Below, piece by piece: positions 9,881 through 19,013 of a DNA stretch of 64,000 nt. Position 1 is the first letter of the stretch. Every line of letters begins with the position of its first letter. The notes under the pieces are model-generated. The model was not told where the DNA came from. It was given only the letters and a program-made list of their open reading frames with translations, and ran no database searches. Position numbers and translations under genes: made by a program. The DNA is from Candidatus Bathyarchaeota archaeon (lineage in GTDB: Archaea > Thermoproteota > Bathyarchaeia > Bathyarchaeales > Bathycorpusculaceae), in assembly GCA_963815095.1 (NCBI GenBank), contig CAWFFH010000004.1:32001-96000 (forward strand). Reading direction: 5' to 3'.

Positions 9881-9897
9881 TACTGTAAGTTACGGTA
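9881..9897. promoter_or_regulatory. Operator TACTGTAA-G-TTACGGTA
   Basis: Near-perfect palindrome directly upstream of rightward TATA CTTATAAA 9901-9908 (BRE position). Confidence 0.75.
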
Positions 9898-9934
9898 AAC
9901 CTTATAAAGAAAACTCTCCCAATTAGCAAATAAC

Positions 9935-9951
9935 TACCGTAACTTAAGGTA
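9935..9951. promoter_or_regulatory. Operator TACCGTAA-C-TTAAGGTA
   Basis: One mismatch from palindrome; at expected rightward transcription start. Confidence 0.75.
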
Positions 9952-9981
9952 ATGGAAGAGAGAGAAACGAGGTAAAAAACA

Positions 9982-10164
9982 ATGCCTGTGGAAGGTTTCA
10001 AAACTATAACGGTCAGCCAAGAAGTCTATGATAAAATAGAAAACTTTGCTGAAAAAACACATCGCAGCGTTCCCAAGGCAGTTGAGTTTCTTATGGAAAA
10101 AGCGGATGTAGCCCGTAGACGACAAGAAAAACGAAACGCCCAGGAGAGTCGGACTAACGGTTAA
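9982..10164 (+). CDS. RHH-like regulator, rightward member of switch (putative Cro-like)
   Basis: MPVEGFKTITVSQEVYDKIENFAEKTHRSVPKAVEFLM; GAGGT RBS; first gene of the operon ending in the integrase. Confidence 0.75.
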   Translation: MPVEGFKTITVSQEVYDKIENFAEKTHRSVPKAVEFLMEKADVARRRQEKRNAQESRTNG

Positions 10165-10295
10165 GCAGGCGAATTCTTGGGGAACAGGTTTGTTGAGGAC
10201 ACCACCTTTAGAGCGGCCAGCTTTAAGCTCGCTTTCATACTCCTCCGCCGTCCTAAACAAGAATTCTGCTTTAAACTTGGAAGGTTGGAACTTTC

Positions 10296-10484
10296 ATGGA
10301 AAAAACCGCTGTTATAGAAGAGAGTAAGGGGTTTTCTCAGCTTTTAGATAGGGTTTGGTGCCCTATTTGTGGCGGAGAATTAGAAGTCAAGAAAATCGAT
10401 GGTAAGCGTATTCTAAATTGTACCAGGGATGGAGCGATGAAGGCTTACCTTGACAAAGACCCAAAAGTTGGAAGTGAGAGTTGA
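10296..10484 (+). CDS. Small Zn-finger-like viral protein
   Basis: CPICGG...C motif, operon-coupled. Confidence 0.55.
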   Translation: MEKTAVIEESKGFSQLLDRVWCPICGGELEVKKIDGKRILNCTRDGAMKAYLDKDPKVGSES

Positions 10485-10708
10485 TGCCTGAAGAAATTCT
10501 GCTAAAATATGCTGGACAGTCAACGACTAAGCGGAAGGATAAAGAAGGCAACATAATTTCCGTGCATACCGTGCGCCTACAGGACGATAGAAAACACTTT
10601 AAACTAAGCATTAGTAGCGGCGACGAATCGCTCTTTGAGCATTACGATGAAGACTGTGAACTGCCGATTATTCTGGGAAAAAGCAGCCAAACAAAGCTAA
10701 CGGAGTAA
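10481..10708 (+). CDS. Hypothetical viral protein
   Basis: 75 aa, coupled stop/start, C-terminal QTKL. Confidence 0.55.
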   Translation: MMPEEILLKYAGQSTTKRKDKEGNIISVHTVRLQDDRKHFKLSISSGDESLFEHYDEDCELPIILGKSSQTKLTE

Positions 10709-10710
10709 TT

Positions 10711-10923
10711 TTGTTGTCGGCGTCCTCTGTTAAGTCTGAGAGTTTGCTTGATTTTCTCAGGCCTCAAAAGCACAAAACACCGAATTCTGGGTCTGAATCG
10801 AGTAAGCTCAGAAAACAGTTTTTTATAAATGCGGAGTGCCGCCAATGCCAATACAAAGGTTCTCAATACTGCTGGAATACTTGTTCCATTAATACTTTGA
10901 AGAAATCGGGAGGCGCCTATTAG
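10711..10923 (+). CDS. Small Cys-rich viral protein
   Basis: CRQC...CWNTC. Confidence 0.45.
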   Translation: MLSASSVKSESLLDFLRPQKHKTPNSGSESSKLRKQFFINAECRQCQYKGSQYCWNTCSINTLKKSGGAY

Positions 10924-10924
10924 A

Positions 10925-11290
10925 ATGCCCCGAAAGCCACTTTGGGTTAGGCTGCTGTTAATGCCGTTTCTTTTGCCTCTTGCTGGGGTGGGCTGGGTAA
11001 TGTTCTATTTTGGCTCTAAAAAAACGGAAGCTGTGGGTGGAGTGGATAAGACTTTACCGCCTTGCGCGAGAGGGAGCTTTGACTGCAAAAACTGCCCTAA
11101 GCCCATGGTAGCTCTAAGCGGAAGCGGCGATTTGGCGCCTTGCGATGGAACGATTTATTTCTGCAAGTTTGCCACAGCCAGCACCACGACTCCAGCTTGT
11201 CCTCGGTATAACCTACAAAATTATGCTTGCACGCATGGCGGGGGATCTTGCGTAGGATACAAGAAAAGGAGAAATTACTATGCCTTTTAG
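10925..11290 (+). CDS. Membrane-anchored Cys-rich viral protein
   Basis: N-terminal TM segment followed by many Cys. Confidence 0.5.
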   Translation: MPRKPLWVRLLLMPFLLPLAGVGWVMFYFGSKKTEAVGGVDKTLPPCARGSFDCKNCPKPMVALSGSGDLAPCDGTIYFCKFATASTTTPACPRYNLQNYACTHGGGSCVGYKKRRNYYAF

Positions 11291-11513
11291 CATTGACTTT
11301 TCAAAAGATAAACCTACCCAGGACAAATTCAAGCAAGATTTAGGTTTCTGTCCGCGATGCAAAGACCCAATTCAGCCAGAGCATATCGAAGGTTATGCAA
11401 GCCGATCTGTCGACGGAGTGTTGTTCTGCACTCTTTGCGCTTGGCACCTCGAAGGCGATCCAAACGAACGGAAAAAATGGGCAAAATTGGCAAAAGCGGA
11501 GGCTTCTATTTGA
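11280..11513 (+). CDS. Zn-finger viral protein
   Basis: CPRC...CTLC. Confidence 0.6.
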   Translation: MPFSIDFSKDKPTQDKFKQDLGFCPRCKDPIQPEHIEGYASRSVDGVLFCTLCAWHLEGDPNERKKWAKLAKAEASI

Positions 11514-13405
11514 TGGCTAGTGAGGAGGGAAAAGTTGGCTTGCATTCTAAGAGCTTTCGCCCACGCAAAGCCGGTGAGGATAGTTGCAAGTCAGTTACTA
11601 CCATAACTGCCGGCGCCAGCTCCCAAATCCTCAAATCTGTTTATGTCAGGTATAGAGACCACGCCTTTTTCAGGAATGTTCAGTCACCCGTAGTTGAAGC
11701 GGTAATTCGGGAAGCGTTGGGCTGGGTTAAAAAAGAGAATGATGAGGTTATGCTTATCGAGTGTGATAGACCTCTTCTGGAGGGCTTCAGTGGCTTTAAT
11801 GGTGTGGTTATTCTTAAAAACTGCATCGTTTCCATGGTTGAGTTGCCGCTGGACCGTTTTTCAAGTGGAACTTTAAATTGTTCGGCTGTTAAAGAGAGAG
11901 TGAGTACTGCGCTTCTAGCCAAAAGAAGCGAAAAACTCACCCCTAAAAACAAGCGGAAGGGGCAAGAATTGATAGAGCGAAAAACGCAACCTATAGTAAT
12001 AGAGCGAAAACGTAACCTCACCGTTGATGACCTAAAAAAACTCAATCTGCCACTGCAATTCCAAGGCAAATTCGTCATTATCGAGAAAACCTTGAACAAC
12101 ATACGACTGCAAAATCCTCTTAGCTTAGAGCTCAGCAAAATCTTAGCAACCGGAGAAACAGGACTCGTAGACTACATCATACGCAGCTGCCTCAACAAGT
12201 ACCCCAACATTATTCCCTACATCTTTGAACATCAAAGCATGGTAAGGATGTCCCGGCACTTTCTACGTTACTGCTGCGGTTCTCTTGAGAGCTGTCCCAC
12301 ATATGCACTGCGATTCAAAAAATATGCTGACTGGCTCGGATACAGCCCTGATTTAATCATCCAAGATGTCAAACCTGTTGGCGCAATTCCCGATCCCCTA
12401 AAAGTGCAAAACCACTGTGGATTCTTAAGCGACTACTTAGCCGCCCTACAAGACAGCGATCTTAAGCCAGGCGCAGTCTGCAACTACATTAAAACAGTCA
12501 AAACCTTCTATCGCACCAATGGAGTAAAAAAAATTGAACTAGACGAACCCTTGAGCCGAAAAGTATCTCACAAAGACAGAGCACCCAAACCCGAGGAACT
12601 CTCGGTAATGCTAGATAAAGCCGCTACCCGTGAAAGCTTTGTCATCGCAGGCGTTGCAACAGGAGGCTTCAGAGAAGGCACCTTTTCCAAACTGAAATAC
12701 CGCCACGTCAAAGAAGACTTAGAAGCCGGACGCGTACCCATCCACATCCATATCGAAGCCAGCATTACCAAGGGTAAATACCACGATTATGATACATTCC
12801 TGAACGCTGAAGCCAGTCATTTCCTCAGATTATACATAGAGGAAAGAAGACAAGGCACCGATGGAATGCCGCCAGAAACAATTACCGACGAATCGCCACT
12901 GGTAAGAAACAGCCACGTCGCAAACAGAGTCTTAGCCGTCAGCGAAAAAACCATCCGAAAAATCGTCCATGACTCCGCTGTCGAAGCAAAGGTCGCAAAA
13001 AAACTACCTAACAGCTGGATGTATAGCGTTAGAACCCATAGCTTAAGAAAATTCTTCAGAACCCAATTAAGCGCGGCAAAAATCGACGACGAAATCATCA
13101 AGTACATGATGGGAAAAACAATCGATACCTACGAAGATGTTCAGAGCTTGGGCATTGAAACCCTTAGAAACCTATATTCAGCCGCAGGATTAGCCATCAG
13201 AGCGAAAACCAAAGTAAACCGCATTGATCAACTCAAAGAAATCATACGCGGCTGGGGAGAAAACCCCGAGGAAATTCTCGCCAAAGATATCTTGATACGT
13301 AGCAATCAGACGGTCGAAACAGACGAACAGATTCAGAACCATCAGTTATCCGTTCTAGCAACCGAACTTAAGCAGATTATCCGCAAGGAGGTTACGGAAA
13401 AATAA
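11513..13405 (+). CDS. int: Tyrosine recombinase/integrase with ~150-aa in-frame N-terminal extension (likely starts: ATG 11513 and TTG 11969)
   Basis: GFREGT (R), TKGK (K), HSLRKFF (HxxR), YMMGK...DTY (Y); adjacent to att. Confidence 0.9.
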   Translation: MASEEGKVGLHSKSFRPRKAGEDSCKSVTTITAGASSQILKSVYVRYRDHAFFRNVQSPVVEAVIREALGWVKKENDEVMLIECDRPLLEGFSGFNGVVILKNCIVSMVELPLDRFSSGTLNCSAVKERVSTALLAKRSEKLTPKNKRKGQELIERKTQPIVIERKRNLTVDDLKKLNLPLQFQGKFVIIEKTLNNIRLQNPLSLELSKILATGETGLVDYIIRSCLNKYPNIIPYIFEHQSMVRMSRHFLRYCCGSLESCPTYALRFKKYADWLGYSPDLIIQDVKPVGAIPDPLKVQNHCGFLSDYLAALQDSDLKPGAVCNYIKTVKTFYRTNGVKKIELDEPLSRKVSHKDRAPKPEELSVMLDKAATRESFVIAGVATGGFREGTFSKLKYRHVKEDLEAGRVPIHIHIEASITKGKYHDYDTFLNAEASHFLRLYIEERRQGTDGMPPETITDESPLVRNSHVANRVLAVSEKTIRKIVHDSAVEAKVAKKLPNSWMYSVRTHSLRKFFRTQLSAAKIDDEIIKYMMGKTIDTYEDVQSLGIETLRNLYSAAGLAIRAKTKVNRIDQLKEIIRGWGENPEEILAKDILIRSNQTVETDEQIQNHQLSVLATELKQIIRKEVTEK

Positions 13406-13440
13406 CCCACAAAAATAGTACTTACGCCCATATAACACTG

Positions 13441-13458
13441 CGAGTCCCTCCGGACCCG
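13441..13458 (+). repeat. attR core, copy 1: CGAGTCCCTCCGGACCCG (tRNA T-arm/acceptor 3' end, Arg-like)
   Basis: 35 bp after integrase stop; matches tRNA 3' pattern CGA(A/G)TCCC-TC-CGGACCC-G. Confidence 0.7.
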
Positions 13459-13517
13459 TTGCTGTCCTAAGAATTTATACTGAATAAATCAATAGTACAA
13501 ATGCTCTTGCACAGCAA

Positions 13518-13535
13518 CGAATCCCTCCGGACCGC
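13518..13535 (+). repeat. Second degenerate att/tRNA 3'-end copy: CGAATCCCTCCGGACCGC
   Basis: Direct repeat of 13441-13458, 77 bp downstream. Confidence 0.65.
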
Positions 13536-13638
13536 TCAATTTTCTTCTCACTTGTTATTGCGTTTTGAAGTCACATACAGTAAATAATCAGGTCCCCGTC
13601 TTTTATTTTGAGTTTTTGTTGGATGCAATCTCAGGTTT

Positions 13639-14265
13639 TTGGCGGTTGCTTTGAATAAGAAGGTTTTTTCTCGGTTCCGAAAAGATAGGGAGGAAGCTCT
13701 TACTGACGGCATATTTGCAACGGTCATGACTATTTTAGTGCTTAGTTTGGTGGTGCCTACCGTAACGGGCCCAAACGCTTCTGCAACATTACAAGCCGAC
13801 GTTTACAATCTTATACCAGACCTGCTTGCTTATATTGTTACTTTTGTTTTTCTTGGTGTACTTTGGATAAGCCACCAGAATATGTTTAGTCACATCGAAA
13901 TCATTGATCTTAGAGTTTTATGGATAAACATATTTTTGCTGCTTAGCGTTGCGCTTGCCCCTTTTTCAACTGCGCTTCTTGGCAGATATCCTCTGCAACC
14001 TATCGCGGTCCTTGCTTATGGGGTAAATGCATTGGCAGTTTCAATATTATTTAACATTCTATGGTTCTATCCGCGAATTCAGCACTTGACGCATGAGGAA
14101 CCAAACCAAGAAGTTATTTTAAAAAGGAGTCGAATTGTTATTGTTGGGCCTTTCGCTTATAGTTTAGCTATTATTTTCTCCTTTGTGGCGCCTGTGGTCA
14201 GTTTGGGATTGTATGCTTTTGTGACGGTATTCTACCTTATTTTCGGAGGAAGATATTTCCATTGA
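13639..14265 (+). CDS. TMEM175-family potassium channel
   Basis: REEALTDGIFATVMTILVL, W...HQ, LWINIFLL motifs. Confidence 0.85.
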   Translation: MAVALNKKVFSRFRKDREEALTDGIFATVMTILVLSLVVPTVTGPNASATLQADVYNLIPDLLAYIVTFVFLGVLWISHQNMFSHIEIIDLRVLWINIFLLLSVALAPFSTALLGRYPLQPIAVLAYGVNALAVSILFNILWFYPRIQHLTHEEPNQEVILKRSRIVIVGPFAYSLAIIFSFVAPVVSLGLYAFVTVFYLIFGGRYFH

Positions 14266-14374
14266 CAAAATCCGCTTTTGCAATAAACCAAAAAACAGTT
14301 AATCTGTATCTATTGGCTTAGCAAATCTTAAATCTGCCTTCCTTTGCATAAGGAAGTGAGAAGGAAGCGATATC

Positions 14375-15325
14375 ATGGTAGATATACTCTTAGTCTTAGC
14401 AATAGTTGTCCCCTTAATTGTAGTTGTATATGCATTAATTTCGTCTCTGCGAATTGTTAGGCCAACCGAAAAAGGTTTGGTGGAGAGGCTTGGCAAATAC
14501 CGCCGGTTTGTCGAAGGAGGCGTAACATTTCTTTTTCCCTTTATTGATCGCATAATAAAAGTTAACGTTACCGAACGGATGACTCCTGTTCAGCGCCAAG
14601 ATGTGATTACCAAAGACAAAGTTTTCATGGGCGTAGATGCCGTCGTATTTTACAGAATCAAACCAGACGAAGTATCAGTTAAGGCGTCACAGTATGCTGT
14701 CGCAAGTTTTGCTGCTCAAATTGACACTCTTGCACGAACAGTTCTAAGAGACATCATAGGCGGCATGGACATGAGCGTAGCCAACACATCGCGACCCATA
14801 ATCAATGCCAGCCTAAAAACAGCCCTAGACGAGCAGACCGAAAAATGGGGTATCGAAATAGTAAGGGCAGAAATCAAGGACCTTGAACCCCCAAGAGAAC
14901 TCATCATATCAATGGAGTCCGTGCTCAAAGCAGACAACGACCGCCAAGCAGCCGAGAAAACCGCCATAGCACAAGCTACATTGGCAGGAGGACAGAAAAA
15001 CGCAGCGATTCAAGTTGCTGAAGGACAAAAACAAGCGGCGATTCTTCAAGCTGAAGGCCAAAAAACTGCTACAATTGCTATAGCTGAAGGCGACGCCCAA
15101 GCAACCAAACTACGCAACGAAGCATTAACCACCTACTTCAAAGATAGTGCCATAACATTCAAGCAGCTGGATACGATTTCCGCATCATTGCAAAACAATA
15201 CAAAGATAATTGTTCCAGAAGGGAAAGCTATTTCACTGATACTCAATGAGCAGGAGAATCTTACAAAAGCAACCATCCTCCCAATACCCCCACCGCCGAC
15301 TCAGAAAAGCAGCAAACAAATGTAA
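14375..15325 (+). CDS. SPFH/band 7/PHB domain protein
   Basis: N-terminal TM, VERLGKY, QDVITKD, WGIEIVRAEIKD, AEG repeats. Confidence 0.9.
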   Translation: MVDILLVLAIVVPLIVVVYALISSLRIVRPTEKGLVERLGKYRRFVEGGVTFLFPFIDRIIKVNVTERMTPVQRQDVITKDKVFMGVDAVVFYRIKPDEVSVKASQYAVASFAAQIDTLARTVLRDIIGGMDMSVANTSRPIINASLKTALDEQTEKWGIEIVRAEIKDLEPPRELIISMESVLKADNDRQAAEKTAIAQATLAGGQKNAAIQVAEGQKQAAILQAEGQKTATIAIAEGDAQATKLRNEALTTYFKDSAITFKQLDTISASLQNNTKIIVPEGKAISLILNEQENLTKATILPIPPPPTQKSSKQM

Positions 15326-15357
15326 AACCGCTAAATACGGCTTTTTTTAGAAGCCTT

Positions 15358-15774
15358 TTACTCTTTTTGTTTTTTAACGTAATCTTTTATCATTTCTTCA
15401 TGTTCAAAAGCCAAGGGCTGGGGAAGATCGTTCAAGCTAAAGAGCTGTATTTCTTGGACTTCGCTATCTTGCTTTTTGATTTCTCCGCCTACAGGTTTTA
15501 GTAAAAAACATGTAGGGTAATACTCGTATTCGATGTCATCTTTGACACCTTTTTCAACATATTCGCCAACCTTGTTCATAATTGCTACGTCGAGTCCTGT
15601 TTCCTCCTTAACTTCCCTAATAATGGTTTGTTCGACGGTTTCGCCAGGGTCCATTCTACCCCCCGGCAACGCCCAGTAACCAACGAATGGACGAGTGTTA
15701 CGTTTAATCAGCAAAATCTTGTTACTTGGAAACGGTATTATGGCGGTTGAGGTTTTACCAGTATACTTTTTCAA
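15358..15774 (-). CDS. NUDIX hydrolase
   Basis: GGRMDPGETVEQTIIREVKEETGL Nudix box. Confidence 0.95.
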   Translation of the reverse strand: MKKYTGKTSTAIIPFPSNKILLIKRNTRPFVGYWALPGGRMDPGETVEQTIIREVKEETGLDVAIMNKVGEYVEKGVKDDIEYEYYPTCFLLKPVGGEIKKQDSEVQEIQLFSLNDLPQPLAFEHEEMIKDYVKKQKE

Positions 15775-15788
15775 TTTTTAAGCGCCCA

Positions 15789-16574
15789 TTATGTTGTTAA
15801 TTTCAATCTCCAATTTATTACAATCGTCACAACGAAGATTGTTACGCCTGCGAAAACAACCATTGGTCCAGGAGGAAAACCCAGATAAGCGGACAACAAT
15901 ACTCCCGAAAAGGCTGATATCGACCCAAAGATTGCACTAAATAGTGCATATCTTCTCATTCCTGAGCTTAAATTTTTTGAAGCTACTGCTGGAACAATAA
16001 CAAGGAATCCAACCAACAATGTTCCAACTATGCGAATACCAACAGCGACTACAAGTGATACAAGAAACAGGTAAGCCAGATTGGTTAGGGCAACATTTAT
16101 GCCTTTAGAGATTGCAAGGTCCTCCGAAATCATGGTCAGAACTAATTTCTTATAAATTAATTTTGTAAGCAAAATCGCTGCAATCGAAATTATTATTGCT
16201 ATAACCGCATCAATCATACCTACTTGAGATATATCACCAAACAATGCCTCAAGCAAATCCGTTTGCGGAATTATCAATATGCCGATAGCTAACGCGAGGG
16301 TAAACATTACGCCTACCAAAGCTTCAAAAGAAATCTTAGTGGTTCTTTGTAACTGCCAAATTATGACCGCTGAACCAAACAGAAACGCGAATGCTCCTAA
16401 AAACTGGTTAAAATGAAATAGTATGCCTATGGCAATACCCGGTAGTGCCACATGCGACAATGCATCTCCAACAAGCGCCATTTTCTCTAAAACCATCAAT
16501 GAACCTAAATAACCTGCTGATACTCCAACAAAAACTGCAACTAAAGCACTGTAAATAAGTGTTTCAATTATAAT
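15789..16574 (-). CDS. Zn/Mn ABC transporter permease (ZnuB-like); true start uncertain
   Basis: GDALSHVALPGIA, LFGDI. Frame is open upstream of TTG 16499 to ~16598 with a further TM helix but no canonical start. Confidence 0.85.
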   Translation of the reverse strand: MIIETLIYSALVAVFVGVSAGYLGSLMVLEKMALVGDALSHVALPGIAIGILFHFNQFLGAFAFLFGSAVIIWQLQRTTKISFEALVGVMFTLALAIGILIIPQTDLLEALFGDISQVGMIDAVIAIIISIAAILLTKLIYKKLVLTMISEDLAISKGINVALTNLAYLFLVSLVVAVGIRIVGTLLVGFLVIVPAVASKNLSSGMRRYALFSAIFGSISAFSGVLLSAYLGFPPGPMVVFAGVTIFVVTIVINWRLKLTT

Positions 16575-16576
16575 TT

Positions 16577-17344
16577 CTAGTTCTCTCCTCTTTCGGTTTC
16601 AACGCAAACTGTTTCGCCATAGATTTGTCTTTGAATTTCCGGTTGCACAATTTGACCTGCTGGTCCGCAGAAGGTAACGCACTTGTTTATCGCAAGCAAA
16701 GCGTCGGCGTATTCTTGGACAATATGGATGTTGTGAGTTATTAAGAAAATCGTTATTTTCTGGGTTTTCTTGATGTCGTTGAGCATTAGGTATATTGGTT
16801 CTTCACTGTCCATGTCCACGCCCGTGGTGGGCTCATCCAAAAGCAACACATTGGGATTATCATTTAATGCCCACGCGATTAGAACCCGCCGAAGTTGTCC
16901 TCCAGAGAGAACCCCTAACCGCTTATCTAAGATTGTATTATCAAATAACCTAACTTTTTTCAGTGAATTCTCAACATCCAATCCGTTTCCAATAGACAGG
17001 AATTCTCTAACTGACATTGGAATATCGGAGACAGCAACATATTGCGGGACGTAGCCAATTTTCACTTTCCCTGTCCATTCGATTGAACCTGTATGCGGAA
17101 TAAGATTTAGTAGAGTTTTAAGAAGAACAGTTTTTCCTGCACCGTTTGGTCCTAGTATGGCTAAGGTTGTTCCTTTTTCAACGTTGAAATTTATATGGTC
17201 AAGTAAAGTTTGATTTTGTAATTTTACTCCAAGATTTGAGACTTTCAATATGTAATCGTTACTGCCTTCAACCACAACTTTCACACCATAAATAACAGTA
17301 CTGATGTACAAATTGTATGCAATAAGTATTTTGAACAGCAACAC
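16577..17344 (-). CDS. Zn/Mn ABC transporter ATP-binding protein (start likely ~17287)
   Basis: GPNGAGKT, LSGGQ, LLLDEPT. Confidence 0.9.
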   Translation of the reverse strand: MLLFKILIAYNLYISTVIYGVKVVVEGSNDYILKVSNLGVKLQNQTLLDHINFNVEKGTTLAILGPNGAGKTVLLKTLLNLIPHTGSIEWTGKVKIGYVPQYVAVSDIPMSVREFLSIGNGLDVENSLKKVRLFDNTILDKRLGVLSGGQLRRVLIAWALNDNPNVLLLDEPTTGVDMDSEEPIYLMLNDIKKTQKITIFLITHNIHIVQEYADALLAINKCVTFCGPAGQIVQPEIQRQIYGETVCVETERGEN

Positions 17345-17346
17345 AA

Positions 17347-19011
17347 CTATCTTACTCGGTTAAGCAAGGTTTGCTGCTCATTGGCAGAGAACCAGCCCTC
17401 ACCTTTAAGGTACGATAAGCCTTTCTCAACGTTTTCCCTGAATTCAACGTTATCTAAGAGGTTGTTTCTTTTTACTAAATCATAGAGTTGACTTTCAAAC
17501 ATGCTTTTTTGTTTAGCTTGGTCTTCAACTTTTGAGATTAGAGCCGTTATTACTTTGAAGCGGGGCACAAGTAAATCTTTAATTTTTGATAAGCCAAATG
17601 CTCCCTTAATTTTTGCTGAAAAATCAAAGAGACTAATTATTGAAGGCGAGAGCATAACGTAACGTCTAGATAAGTCTGTCTCATAACAAACAACAAGAAA
17701 AGGTACATAGAACAATGCGGGGCTGTTCAAGAATTGATCTCTAAAGCCAAGTGCTTCAAAATTGGCATTGAAAGATTCCCTCAACGTAAGGCTCGTGGTT
17801 AAATCTTCAAGCACTGGCCTCTCAAGCCTAAACAGCTTTTTCGCTTCTACTGTAAAAACACGGATTTTAGTTTCACGGGCTGCTTGGAGATTAAGGATAG
17901 GTTGCCGTTTCAACTTCGTTTCTGATTCGAGCTGAAGGTTTAATTGTGAACTTTCTTGGGTCTTCTTTTTGCTTAATTTTTTAGAATTGTCTTCTATTGT
18001 GCTCAAGTCTTTTTTTAGTTCTTTAATCTTTTTTTGGGTTTGCTTGATTTTCTCTTTCCATCTTTTCTCGTAGATAGCATGATTCTTTGTTGCTTGGCTT
18101 TTTGCTTTGCGTTCGAAATCCTTTATCTTGTTTTCATTGTTTTCGATGTTTTTTTTTGTTTTTGCATTCTTTTTTTGCAGGCGATGAAGTTCTTTATCGA
18201 AGCGATTTGCTAATCTGCCTATTTTCACTTTATAATCTTTGTTAAGTTTCGTTATTTGGGGGTTTACGAATTCTTCCAAGGCCCTTATTTTAGCGTTCAT
18301 TTCTTCGGTAACTGCTTTGGCTTCATAGTCGAGTTCGGTTATGTATTGCTCAGTTGTCTTGTTTACGAAGTTTATGCATTCGGGCAGTTTTATTGCTTCG
18401 TCTGTAGATGATAATCGTAATTTTTCAAAGTCGGAAAGCATCATTGTAATCGTTGACTGTTCAAGAACGGAAGGAAGCAAAGCTACATTGATTTGCCCTG
18501 TTATTTCAGCAGCCTCTTTACGGTAGCCAGTAAATTCTTTGTTAAAATCCAAATTTACTATTAAATTTCTGAAATCAAATTGTTTTTCCTTTGTTGATTT
18601 CTGAAAATAGTTGGTGTGATTTAACAGGAATGTGTAGTAGTTTTCTTTGGGTTTCGAATTTGTCTCTAAACTTTCCATATACTCTTTGACCGATGGAGCC
18701 TCAAGGAAAGAAACATTTAGTGATGAATCGTTAAAGCCGTCAAATACAAAGATTAAGTCGTTTTTGGGAGCTAACCACAAAGGATAGCCGACTTTTGATA
18801 GACACACGAGTTTTTCTTCAGGTTGCCTTGCGATAAATCCGCCGCCTTTTTCACGCTTAAATTCGGCAAAAGCGAACGTAGATGCTGCCTCAACCTCAGT
18901 TGAACTGGTTTTCGAGTTTGAGAAAGGAAGGATAAACCGTTTGGGTGGAGAGTTTAACATTGCAGCATCAATGAAGGTATAAAGGATTGGTTTTTTAAAA
19001 CTTGTCCTCAA
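17347..19011 (-). CDS. Conserved hypothetical coiled-coil protein
   Basis: 554 aa with long Lys/Glu-rich central coiled coil. Confidence 0.7.
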   Translation of the reverse strand: MRTSFKKPILYTFIDAAMLNSPPKRFILPFSNSKTSSTEVEAASTFAFAEFKREKGGGFIARQPEEKLVCLSKVGYPLWLAPKNDLIFVFDGFNDSSLNVSFLEAPSVKEYMESLETNSKPKENYYTFLLNHTNYFQKSTKEKQFDFRNLIVNLDFNKEFTGYRKEAAEITGQINVALLPSVLEQSTITMMLSDFEKLRLSSTDEAIKLPECINFVNKTTEQYITELDYEAKAVTEEMNAKIRALEEFVNPQITKLNKDYKVKIGRLANRFDKELHRLQKKNAKTKKNIENNENKIKDFERKAKSQATKNHAIYEKRWKEKIKQTQKKIKELKKDLSTIEDNSKKLSKKKTQESSQLNLQLESETKLKRQPILNLQAARETKIRVFTVEAKKLFRLERPVLEDLTTSLTLRESFNANFEALGFRDQFLNSPALFYVPFLVVCYETDLSRRYVMLSPSIISLFDFSAKIKGAFGLSKIKDLLVPRFKVITALISKVEDQAKQKSMFESQLYDLVKRNNLLDNVEFRENVEKGLSYLKGEGWFSANEQQTLLNRVR

Positions 19012-19013
19012 GC

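Larger units (their letters stand above)
1..13458 (+). mobile_element. Right part of an integrated head-tail (Caudoviricetes-like) archaeal provirus; the left end lies outside the window
   Basis: Co-oriented tail genes, holin-like gene, divergent regulator switch, small Zn-finger early genes, tyrosine integrase, then tRNA 3'-end duplication at 13441-13458; host genes begin at 13639. Confidence 0.9.

Noticed and set aside
11357-11512. ORF-track N-terminal extension of the integrase
   Set aside because: Overlaps the 11280-11513 Zn-finger gene; RBS and coupling favour ATG 11513
16500-16598. Non-canonical ATT/ATA start for the ABC permease as a general feature
   Set aside because: Cannot be separated from sequencing error given indels elsewhere
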